Assembly (NCBI GenBank): GCA_038727095.1 | Contig: JAVYWK010000021.1 | Location: 1-33,092, forward strand | Direction: 5' to 3' | Length of the DNA: 33,092 nt | Origin: Thermofilaceae archaeon | GTDB taxonomy: Archaea > Thermoproteota > Thermoprotei > Thermofilales > Thermofilaceae | Notes under the pieces: model-generated | What the model was told of the DNA's origin: nothing | Databases searched by the model: none | The model's input: only the letters and a program-made list of their open reading frames with translations | Translations under genes and position numbers: made by a program | In this document: one piece after another, positions 26,601-33,092 of the stretch | How the letters are laid out: each line of letters begins with the position of its first letter | How positions within the stretch are numbered: the first letter of the stretch is position 1

Positions 26601-27324
26601 CGGTATCGCGAAGTCCTACATCGTTGAACGCTTTGGTGAGGCAATGTTCACAGCCCGCGCTTGGGGGTCACCTGGGGCTCACGAGTGCATCAGGCCTACA
26701 AGACCTCTCGACGCCGAAACATTGAAGGCTCTCGTGAGTCAAGGCATACTGCAGCTGGCCAGGCCGCTAACCCAGCGGCACTACAGGCTTTACGATCTCA
26801 TATTTAGGCGCTTTATTGCGAGCCAGATGCCCGAGTGTACTGTAAAGATTGAACGCTTGAAGGTTACACTAGGGCCCCTTACAAAGGAGATGACCACTTA
26901 CGTCGAAGTCGTGGATCCAGGCTTCACACACGTGTACCAGCGGTTCAAGCTCGCTAGGCTCGAGCCCGGCACGTATAAAGTGGTAGACTTGAAGCATCGC
27001 AGGATACCAACCTTGAGGCTTTACAGCCAGGCCGATTTAGTAGCCAGGATGAAAGAGGAGGGGATCGGTAGACCTTCGACGTACGCGAAAATTATCGCAA
27101 CCCTCATCGATAGGAGGTACGTGATAGAAACGAAAAGGCATAAGCTAGTTCCGACCGATCTCGGTTTGAAGGTTTACAGCTATTTGAGCGAGAACTATAG
27201 GGATCTAATCTCTGTTGAAAGAACTCGGATCGTTGAGGAACTCATGGATAAGGTTGAGCGAGGAGAAGCAAATTACATGATGGTTCTCCGCGACCTCTAC
27301 GAAGAGGTGGTGAAAATTGGTTGA
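23671..27324 (+). CDS. rgy: Reverse gyrase
   Basis: N-terminal Zn finger (CPNC..CEVC), APTGVGKS, DDVD, QASGRTSR, TOPRIM VESPTKA/DPDTEGE, second Zn finger and catalytic ITYHRTD. The start may be ATG 23695 given the TATA near 23657. Confidence 0.97.
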   Translation: MSSAHSSLMARMLIREQCPNCGGAISDERLAAGLPCEVCLPEPPLSLAGTDKPSKLVLLKTTCDALSLLGKCKGFKSILEEEAEIHDFELFFENAVGSRPWSAQRMWARRVLRGLSFVILAPTGVGKSVFGIVMSLYLALRGKRCYLILPTSVLVKQTFDRLQGYASKLGLNVKVLAYTSRSGKARNDTLKKIEQSDYDILITTSQFLSKNFELIKNSTFDFIFVDDVDAIIKSSKNVEKVLALLGLGGQVINEALKIAKMAAARRSEGDANELEKARARLREMLAQTKHGILVVSTATGRPRGLRVKLFRELLNFEIGSGAELLRNVVDSYLFVSDGKTLSARVAEIAGILGKGGLIYVQPGTPEEQVNELIELLESKGLRAKALTSRSKRELEDFERGEIDILIGFATYYGVLVRGIDLPHVIRYAIFVDVPHFRFAAGVDEASPLRLLQLAQVLRSVLRGSEANTLDKLTSVIRRYTSSLDQASYRLLTESLATTRKPEGFLGFLYERLLELRSLLRELLSREELLKELQASSLASIKMVNGKPYIILPDAPTYLQASGRTSRMYAGGISKGLSVIVTRDESLLKVLMRQVSWYVDDAKWVRFEDLDLVSILKEIDRDREMIQRLKEGRVEGGIAELVKTALVVVESPTKARTIASFFGRPSSRRIGSIVVHEVSAGNLQLLVAASKGHVLDLVTDDGFYGVRVNGAFVPVYTTVKRCLSCGTQFTDSKDGACPRCGKTVVADQAEVVKALQRVAGEVDTVLLATDPDTEGEKIAWDLYILLAPYTRSLKRIEFHEITRRAFEEALKNPRSVDMRRVEAQLIRRIEDRWLGFTLSRKLWDRFGMHWLSAGRVQTPVLGWVVERYQKARESVMTVFRVKLDNGLTLVFESNVSGNETRKLARELKEGTVAIERLSVESSKLHPPPPFSTDAMLKEAVEVLNLSTEEVMRLAQDLFEMGLITYHRTDSTHVSALGIGIAKSYIVERFGEAMFTARAWGSPGAHECIRPTRPLDAETLKALVSQGILQLARPLTQRHYRLYDLIFRRFIASQMPECTVKIERLKVTLGPLTKEMTTYVEVVDPGFTHVYQRFKLARLEPGTYKVVDLKHRRIPTLRLYSQADLVARMKEEGIGRPSTYAKIIATLIDRRYVIETKRHKLVPTDLGLKVYSYLSENYRDLISVERTRIVEELMDKVERGEANYMMVLRDLYEEVVKIG

Positions 27325-27850
27325 AAGAGGCCTTTTCATAGGGCGCTTCCAACCGTTTCACTACGGTCACCTTTACGCCTTAAAATGGATATTGGAAAGA
27401 GAGGAGGAAGTCATCATAGCCGTAGGTAGCGCGCAGTACTCGCACAGCTTCAGAAACCCCTTCACCCTCGGTGAGCGAATAGAGATGATATCACAGGTCC
27501 TAAAGGAACAGGGTCTGTGGAGTCGAACTATCGTCTGCGGGGTACCTGATACTAACGGCCAGCACGCACTATGGGTTCAAATGGTCATCTCGTGCTGCCC
27601 CCGATTTACTAGAGTTTACAGCAATGAACCGTTAACCCGCCTTTTATTTGAGGAGTCAGGTTACCGCGTTAACAGCATCCCCTTCTTCGATAGAGAGCGT
27701 TTTGAAGGTACGCGGATAAGGATAAAGATCGCTGAGGGTAGCGAGTGGAGGGATCTAGTCCCCCCTCCAGTGGCGGAGGTGATAGAGGAAGTTAACGGCA
27801 TTGAGCGCATATCTAGGCTTTATCAGTTAGTACGTGGAAACACTACCTGA
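27317..27850 (+). CDS. nadM: Nicotinamide-nucleotide adenylyltransferase
   Basis: GRFQPFHYGH, GSAQYSH, NPFTLGER and GTRIR. Overlaps the rgy stop. Confidence 0.92.
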   Translation: MVERGLFIGRFQPFHYGHLYALKWILEREEEVIIAVGSAQYSHSFRNPFTLGERIEMISQVLKEQGLWSRTIVCGVPDTNGQHALWVQMVISCCPRFTRVYSNEPLTRLLFEESGYRVNSIPFFDRERFEGTRIRIKIAEGSEWRDLVPPPVAEVIEEVNGIERISRLYQLVRGNTT

Positions 27851-27876
27851 AATAAATTGATAGTATTCACACGTTT

Positions 27877-28182
27877 TTACTCTTCCACAATTATATTGGG
27901 CTGTGAAAAGCCCATTTCAATTAAAATGTCTCTTACTTTGTATCTGTGATCTCCCTGCAGCTCGATTCGTCCATCCTTTGCCGTTCCACCGCAAGCAAGT
28001 TTAGCCTTCAGCTTCGAAACTAGTTCACGATGATTGAAAACTCTCTCATCAATACCCTCAATAACTGTAACCTGTTTGCTTCCTCCTTTTCTTCTTTCAA
28101 GCCGTATTTTAATGAGCTCTCCTTCCTTTAGAACCCCTTTTAACAGGTCTTCCAATATGTCGCTCATTACCCCTTTGCTCAT
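27877..28182 (-). CDS. Translation initiation factor aIF1 (SUI1 family)
   Basis: KQVTVIEG and LKAKLACGGTAKDGRIELQGDHR. The start is likely ATG 28182 or 28167, not 28230. Confidence 0.92.
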   Translation of the reverse strand: MSKGVMSDILEDLLKGVLKEGELIKIRLERRKGGSKQVTVIEGIDERVFNHRELVSKLKAKLACGGTAKDGRIELQGDHRYKVRDILIEMGFSQPNIIVEE

Positions 28183-28263
28183 GTAGCGTTGCAGCGCCAG
28201 CTTTAAAAAGCTTGCGTAGGGGGTTTTCACACTCGACTGGTCTCGCAGCAGAAGGTGGTAACC

Positions 28264-28845
28264 ATGGCTAGAGAGGTATATGTGAGGAGGGTTGTAGCGA
28301 TCCCCCCGGATGTAAGGGTGAAGTTATTAGGAAAAAAAGTAATTGTTGAAGGTCCCCTAGGCTCTATCGAGAAGGATTTCTCTCATGCTAGAAACTTACA
28401 CCTAAGCTTAAAGGATGAAGGTGTGGTAATCGAAGCATTCAACGCGGATAAAAAGACGTACTCTATCATGAATACACTTGCGTCAAAAATCGAAAACATG
28501 ATTACAGGTGTTCAACGGGGTTTCAGGTACAGAATGAAGATAGTTTTTGCTCATTTCCCAATGAGCATAAAAGTTGATGAAAAGCACCATCTGGTAATAA
28601 TAGAGAATTTTATAGGAGGCCGCGGTAAGATAACGACTCGAATTGAGCCTGGTGTTAAAGTTAGGGTCGAGAAGGATGATTTAGTGGTAGAGGGCATCGA
28701 CAAAGAAGCTGTTGCCCAGACAGCCGCTAATATTCGCGAAGTCACTAAATTGAGAGGTAAGCGGAGAATGAGTCCTCACGGGCGAGAAGGCGGCCCCGGC
28801 ATTCTAGACGGAATTTACGTTTACGCCAAAGAGAATGTGAAGTAA
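28264..28845 (+). CDS. rpl6: 50S ribosomal protein uL6
   Basis: VEGPLG, NMITGV, FAHFPM, IENFIG, VAQTAANI and LDGIYV. Start ATG 28264. Confidence 0.93.
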   Translation: MAREVYVRRVVAIPPDVRVKLLGKKVIVEGPLGSIEKDFSHARNLHLSLKDEGVVIEAFNADKKTYSIMNTLASKIENMITGVQRGFRYRMKIVFAHFPMSIKVDEKHHLVIIENFIGGRGKITTRIEPGVKVRVEKDDLVVEGIDKEAVAQTAANIREVTKLRGKRRMSPHGREGGPGILDGIYVYAKENVK

Positions 28846-28862
28846 CTTAAAAGGGGTCAGGC

Positions 28863-29018
28863 CTACTTCTTGTACCGTTTAGGTCGGAGGTTCCTGCTCT
28901 TACAGCGTCTACAGCGCTCTGCTGTCCAAGCGTTTCTCGCTCCGCACTTTCTGCATATCTTAACCCTGAAGTTACTATCGAGAGCCAACTGTAGCTTCTC
29001 AGGGTCTCTAATCGGCAT
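28863..29018 (-). CDS. rpl40e: 50S ribosomal protein eL40
   Basis: Missed by the ORF track. Manual translation gives MPIRDPEKLQLALDSNFRVKICRKCGARNAWTAERCRRCKSRNLRPKRYKK, the eL40 zinc-finger pattern. Confidence 0.95.
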   Translation of the reverse strand: MPIRDPEKLQLALDSNFRVKICRKCGARNAWTAERCRRCKSRNLRPKRYKK

Positions 29019-29140
29019 ACATGTCCATAGAGCATCGCTAAAGCAGGGCTAAAAACTTTGCTGATAACCACGGAGATGGTTTACGTGCATCCAATTTAGG
29101 CGATACATCTTAACTCGTAAGCATTTAAATGCAGTATACA

Positions 29141-29267
29141 CCGCTCCTTTCGATCCGCTACGCTAATAGCCGCTGCAAGGATTCGCGGGCTGACGAAGGC
29201 AGCGGTTTGCGTGCGTCACGGCTGCTTCGCGCGTCCGCATCAACGGCTCTTGTTTTACCGTGAGCGG
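29141..29267 (+). ncRNA. Candidate structured non-coding RNA (unassigned; strand inferred)
   Basis: Intergenic GC-rich stems AGCCGCTGC/GCAGCGGTT, TCACGG/CCGTGA and CCGCTC/GAGCGG downstream of an orphan TTTAAA box. Confidence 0.35.
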
Positions 29268-29341
29268 GGGTAGATGAATTCATCTTCTCTGATGAACGAA
29301 GTAACACAGCTATAAAAAGGACCAGTGTAAGTTAAGGTTTC

Positions 29342-30304
29342 GTGGCTCAATCCGCTGGAGTGAAGATGAAGAGGATAGGCTGGTGGCATTTTGAGTTGAT
29401 GGTACCAACCGAGTGGGATATAGCGGCTCAGGGCGGGGCTCGATCTGTCCAGGTCTTCCGCTTAGCCGACAGCACTTATTCCATAAGGCTTGAAGTTTCG
29501 CTGGAGAAGGTTCCCTTCGAGAAAGCGAAGAGTGCGGAGGAACTCCTTAACGCCTACAGGAAGAATTGGGAGAAGAAGATTGAAGAGTTGAAAAAGAAGG
29601 AAGGGATAGAGGCTGAGCTCAAGCACGTGAGCAAGGATGAGGTAAGTGTTAGGGGGCACCGCATCATCCTCTGGGCATTCCGGTTAGGGGGTGCACCGAT
29701 GATGGCCGCGGTGTGGTACTGCGAGAAAAGCGAGCGTGCTGTGTCCCTTACTTTCACCCCCCGGAGTGGCGGCGACGAAGGCCTATTTCGCAGCATTCTT
29801 GACACTGTGAAGTGCCATTACGATTCTCCTAGTGAGCGGGCTCTCTGGTCCACCCTGCTCTTCGATCTCTACCTGCCGCAAGCTTATCAACTGGCTGCCG
29901 CAAAGTTTGCTTCAACCGCTACTTACTGCCTTTTTACCGATTCGGATCAAGAAAGGTACTTGCTCGCGGGCTATAGTGGCCTAGCGAGCTTCGCGCTCGG
30001 GCGGTATAGGAAGGGGCCGAGAGAATGGTTTGAAAAAGAGATCTTGAAAGATGCTATAAAGAACTTTAGGCAACAGCCCCCAAAGGTTAAGTTTACTCAG
30101 GAATCGGAAAGCGTAATAACGTTTAGTGGAGAGAGCTTCGCTTTAACGAGAAAAGGTAAGAGGGTCTTCCTCGGTAGAGTGTGGCATGACCGAAAAATAG
30201 ATAGAATCCTCGCTGCCGCTGTACTTTACCCGGCTTTAAGCGGTGAAGAGGCTAAAAACGCACTAAACGATTTAGTGGTGCAGCTTAGCGGTAGAGAGAT
30301 TTAA
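29342..30304 (+). CDS. Hypothetical protein, apparent two-domain internal duplication (PsbP/Mog1/DcrB-like by eye)
   Basis: Repeated W...F.L..P..W/Y and VWY/VWH motifs. CTATAAAA box about 25 nt upstream. Confidence 0.65.
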   Translation: MAQSAGVKMKRIGWWHFELMVPTEWDIAAQGGARSVQVFRLADSTYSIRLEVSLEKVPFEKAKSAEELLNAYRKNWEKKIEELKKKEGIEAELKHVSKDEVSVRGHRIILWAFRLGGAPMMAAVWYCEKSERAVSLTFTPRSGGDEGLFRSILDTVKCHYDSPSERALWSTLLFDLYLPQAYQLAAAKFASTATYCLFTDSDQERYLLAGYSGLASFALGRYRKGPREWFEKEILKDAIKNFRQQPPKVKFTQESESVITFSGESFALTRKGKRVFLGRVWHDRKIDRILAAAVLYPALSGEEAKNALNDLVVQLSGREI

Positions 30305-30328
30305 GGCGGCTAGCTCAGGTGTGTTCCT

Positions 30329-30763
30329 GTGAGAACTCGAAGAGCGTTCCGAGAAGCGGTAGAAACGATCGTGCTGGTAGCAGTGACTTTGATTCTTGCC
30401 TTTATTGTAGCACCTCGCGTATTTTCAACAGATGTTCCACTAGCTGTGGTTGCCAGTTACAGTATGGAGCCAGCGCTTAGATTAGGTGACCTGATAATAG
30501 TCAATGGTGCTAAGACGCCCAGCGTGGGCGATGTAATCGTTTACGTAAGCCCTACGAGCGGCTTAATCGTCCACCGCGTAATAAAGGTGCAAGAAACCCT
30601 GCGTGGGACGGAGTTTATTACAAAGGGTGATGCAAACCTCGCACCTGACGCGGAACCCGTTCCAGCACAGAAGGTTAAAGGGCGTGTGGACATTGTAATA
30701 CCTTACATCGGCGTCGTGAGGCTCGCCTTTGAGAGGCTTCTACAGGGGCTAAGAGGGTTCTAA
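30329..30763 (+). CDS. Signal peptidase I (S26B, Sec11-type)
   Basis: N-terminal TM, SYSMEP (Ser), GD, IVHRV (His) and TKGDAN. Confidence 0.92.
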   Translation: MRTRRAFREAVETIVLVAVTLILAFIVAPRVFSTDVPLAVVASYSMEPALRLGDLIIVNGAKTPSVGDVIVYVSPTSGLIVHRVIKVQETLRGTEFITKGDANLAPDAEPVPAQKVKGRVDIVIPYIGVVRLAFERLLQGLRGF

Positions 30764-30855
30764 AGGAGCCTGCTACAGCGCCTACGCGTAAAAACGGTAA
30801 GTGCATACGATGTCATACGATAAGCTTATAGAGGGTATTTAAGGCTTTTAAAGCC

Positions 30856-31428
30856 GTGGCTGAAAGGGGCAGAGAGACGAGGCCAACATACCGTATCGAG
30901 AATGTCGTAGCTTCTGTCACTCTGAACCAACGCTTAAACCTCGAGAAGATTGCTGAGCGGGTCCCTAACGCCGAGTACTCTCCGGAGCAGTTTCCAGGGC
31001 TAGTACTCAGGATCAACAAGCCGAAGACGGCGACTCTCGTTTTCTCTAGCGGAAAGATGGTGTGCACAGGTGCTAAGTCTGAGAAGGAGGTGCGCAAAGC
31101 CGTCAATGCCATCATATCGCTTCTGAAGAGTTACGAGATAGACGTTAAGGGTGAACCGATCATCGAAATCCAGAACATAGTCGCTAGCGCGAACTTGAAG
31201 GCCCTCGTCGATCTGGAGAAGGCGGCGAACCTTCTTGAAAGCAGTATGTACGAGCCCGAGCAGTTTCCCGGCCTAATCTATCGTATGGACGATCCAAAAG
31301 TGGTGCTGCTTATCTTTTCAAGCGGAAAAGTTGTGTGTACTGGAGCTCGTAAAGAGGAAGAGGTAAAGGAAGCGATAAATAAACTCTACAATACATTGAA
31401 GGAAATAGATGCTCTAATACTTGAGTGA
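30856..31428 (+). CDS. tbp: TATA-box-binding protein
   Basis: Two repeats of I(E/Q)N(V/I)VAS...YxPEQFPGL...FSSGK.VCTGA. Confidence 0.97.
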   Translation: MAERGRETRPTYRIENVVASVTLNQRLNLEKIAERVPNAEYSPEQFPGLVLRINKPKTATLVFSSGKMVCTGAKSEKEVRKAVNAIISLLKSYEIDVKGEPIIEIQNIVASANLKALVDLEKAANLLESSMYEPEQFPGLIYRMDDPKVVLLIFSSGKVVCTGARKEEEVKEAINKLYNTLKEIDALILE

Positions 31429-31442
31429 TCAGGTGGGGGAAC

Positions 31443-31931
31443 ATGCAAGAGGAGTTCGTACTAAGAGAGTTCATTCCCAAGGATCTAGACGAAGTCATAA
31501 AAATTAACCGTGAAAATCTACCCGAGAATTACCCCCAATTCTTCTTTAAACTTCATTACGAAAACTTCCCTCGCGCCTTCCTTGTAGCGGAGCATAAGGG
31601 CAAGATAGTCGGCTACATCATGTGCCGTGTAGAGACGGGGAAGCTCTATACGAAGAGCGGTTCGGGGAGGCAGGGCCACATTATTTCAATTGCTGTGATT
31701 CCTGAAATGAGACGGAAGGGTATAGGGGCGAGTTTGATGCTGAAAGCAATGGAAGCGCTACGTACGTACTACTCCGTTGACGAGTATTACCTTGAAGTGC
31801 GGGTATCTAATACGCCAGCAATAAATTTATACAAAAAGCTCGGTTTCATGCCTGTGAAAATCATTAAAGGTTACTACCTTGATGGTGAAGATGCTTACTT
31901 GATGGCAAGGCCAGCTCTCGAGAAACCCTAA
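31443..31931 (+). CDS. Ard1/RimI-type protein N-terminal acetyltransferase
   Basis: [35 protein letters not shown] and YYLDGEDA. Start ATG 31443 or GTG 31425. Confidence 0.92.
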   Translation: MQEEFVLREFIPKDLDEVIKINRENLPENYPQFFFKLHYENFPRAFLVAEHKGKIVGYIMCRVETGKLYTKSGSGRQGHIISIAVIPEMRRKGIGASLMLKAMEALRTYYSVDEYYLEVRVSNTPAINLYKKLGFMPVKIIKGYYLDGEDAYLMARPALEKP

Positions 31932-31953
31932 GCGCGGTAAAGCAACCTAATAA

Positions 31954-31970
31954 GCGAAATATTTTTATAG
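31954..31970 (+). promoter_or_regulatory. BRE-TATA promoter of the thermosome gene
   Basis: GCGAAATATTTTTATAG about 30 nt upstream of ATG 32000. Confidence 0.6.
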
Positions 31971-31999
31971 AAGTGCAAAAGGGAGACCCCCGAAGCGAT

Positions 32000-33092
32000 A
32001 TGAGTCAGGCGATACCTGTCCTTATCCTCAAAGAGGGTTCGCAGAGAACGACAGGCCGTGACGCTAGAAGAAGCAACATATACGCGGCCCGGGTTATAGC
32101 TGAGGCCCTCGCAACATCGCTGGGGCCGAGGGGGATGGACAAGCTGCTGATTGACTCCTTCGGTAACGCTACGATAACCGGCGATGGTGCGGCTATTCTG
32201 AAGGAAATGGAGGTCCAGCATCCAGCTGCCAAAATGCTCGTGGAAGTGGCTAAAGCGCAGGACGATGAAGTGGGCGACGGCACTACGTCGGTGGTCGTCC
32301 TGGCCGGTCAACTACTCGTAAGAGCTAGTGAGCTGATCGACCAGGAGATTCACCCAGCAATTATTGTGGAAGGCTTCGAGAAGGCGATGGAGCACGCCTT
32401 GAAAGTGATCGACGAAATCGCTGAGACTATTCACCCGCTCGACAGGCAAGTGCTGAAGAACATTGCATCCACAGCATTGAGTAGTAAGATAGTTGCTGAG
32501 TACCGCGACTTCCTCTCTAACGTTGTTGTCGATGCTGCCCTTCAAGTTGTGGAGGAGAAAGACGGTAGGTACGACCTGTCGCTGGACAACGTAAAGGTCG
32601 AAAAGAAGAAGGGCGAGTCACTCATGGAGACCTCTCTAATCAAAGGCATTGTTCTCGACAAGGAAGTCGTCCACCCGGCCATGCCCAAGCGCGTCGAAAA
32701 AGCGAGGATAGCCCTCATTGATGCGCCTCTTGAGGTTGAGAAGCCAGAGTGGACGACCAAAATTAACGTTACGAGCCCCGACCAGCTGAGGCAGTTCCTT
32801 GAGCAGGAAGCAACAATCCTCAGGAGCATGGTGGAGAAGATTAAGGCTGCTGGTGCGAATGTGGTGATCTGCCAGAAGGGTATTGACGACTTGGCTCAGT
32901 ACTACTTGGCGAAGGCTGGCATCCTAGCAGTTAGGAGAGTGAAGAAGAGCGACATGGAAAAGCTAGCGCGAGCCACCGGAGGCAAGATCGTAACCAATGT
33001 TGACGATATTAGCCCCGATGTGCTGGGTTACGCGGAGCTGGTTGAGGAGAGGAAGGTGGCTGACGAGAAGATGGTTTTCGTCGAAGGCTGCC
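32000..33092 (+). CDS. ths: Thermosome (group II chaperonin) subunit, 3'-truncated by the window edge
   Basis: Not in the ORF track because no stop falls inside the window. [13 protein letters not shown]...SLGPRGMDK...QHPAAK...[11 protein letters not shown], open to the end. Confidence 0.96.
   Translation, partial: MSQAIPVLILKEGSQRTTGRDARRSNIYAARVIAEALATSLGPRGMDKLLIDSFGNATITGDGAAILKEMEVQHPAAKMLVEVAKAQDDEVGDGTTSVVVLAGQLLVRASELIDQEIHPAIIVEGFEKAMEHALKVIDEIAETIHPLDRQVLKNIASTALSSKIVAEYRDFLSNVVVDAALQVVEEKDGRYDLSLDNVKVEKKKGESLMETSLIKGIVLDKEVVHPAMPKRVEKARIALIDAPLEVEKPEWTTKINVTSPDQLRQFLEQEATILRSMVEKIKAAGANVVICQKGIDDLAQYYLAKAGILAVRRVKKSDMEKLARATGGKIVTNVDDISPDVLGYAELVEERKVADEKMVFVEGC

Noticed and set aside
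28847-29071. ORF-track 74-aa (-) and 60-aa (+) ORFs
   Set aside because: They are shadows of the real rpl40e gene in another minus-strand frame.
29071-29110. GGAGATGG start resembling a fluoride (crcB) riboswitch
   Set aside because: The P1/pseudoknot pairing does not complete and no fluoride-related gene is adjacent.
31928-32829. Four minus-strand ORFs
   Set aside because: Antisense shadows of the thermosome CDS on the plus strand.
1-33092. CRISPR array, transposase, integrase or intein
   Set aside because: No regularly spaced repeats were seen, no ORF has such motifs, and Rgy, ArgRS and XPD are of ordinary length.

Overview
GC-balanced archaeal chromosome segment, most consistent with a hyperthermophilic crenarchaeon of the Thermofilaceae/Thermoproteales. 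This rests on reverse gyrase, TBP, thermosome, CarS, eL40, a uL6 detached from the spc cluster, leaderless BRE-TATA promoters and tRNAs with non-canonical multiple introns; the taxonomy is an inference. Most genes are housekeeping: endonuclease IV (partial), AmrS radical SAM, a MoxR/VWA pair, CarS, Lrp, XPD, HxlB, Clp1, ArgRS, Rpp21, aKMT, Dys, a GT4 transferase, PPAT, Hsp20, a four-subunit 2-oxoacid:ferredoxin oxidoreductase operon, Rgy, NMNAT, aIF1, uL6, eL40, signal peptidase, TBP, Ard1 and thermosome (partial). Five tRNA genes (Thr-GGT, Arg-TCT, Cys-GCA, Arg-GCG, Ser-GCT) cluster at 12.5-16.7 kb and carry six BHB-type introns at 29/30, 37/38 and 45/46. I found no CRISPR array, integrase or transposase. 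Best leads: (1) a Cys-insert MoxR ATPase with a VWA partner that carries an HDxxH zincin-like motif; (2) an orphan-promoter structured ncRNA candidate near 29.15-29.27 kb; (3) a tRNA-Cys predicted to keep an 8-nt variable loop; (4) a divergent ThermoDBP-RP/DUF2258-like protein; (5) a 32-codon ORF with a perfect SD; (6) two compositionally anomalous inter-tRNA spacers. All family calls were made by eye from motifs, with no database search.
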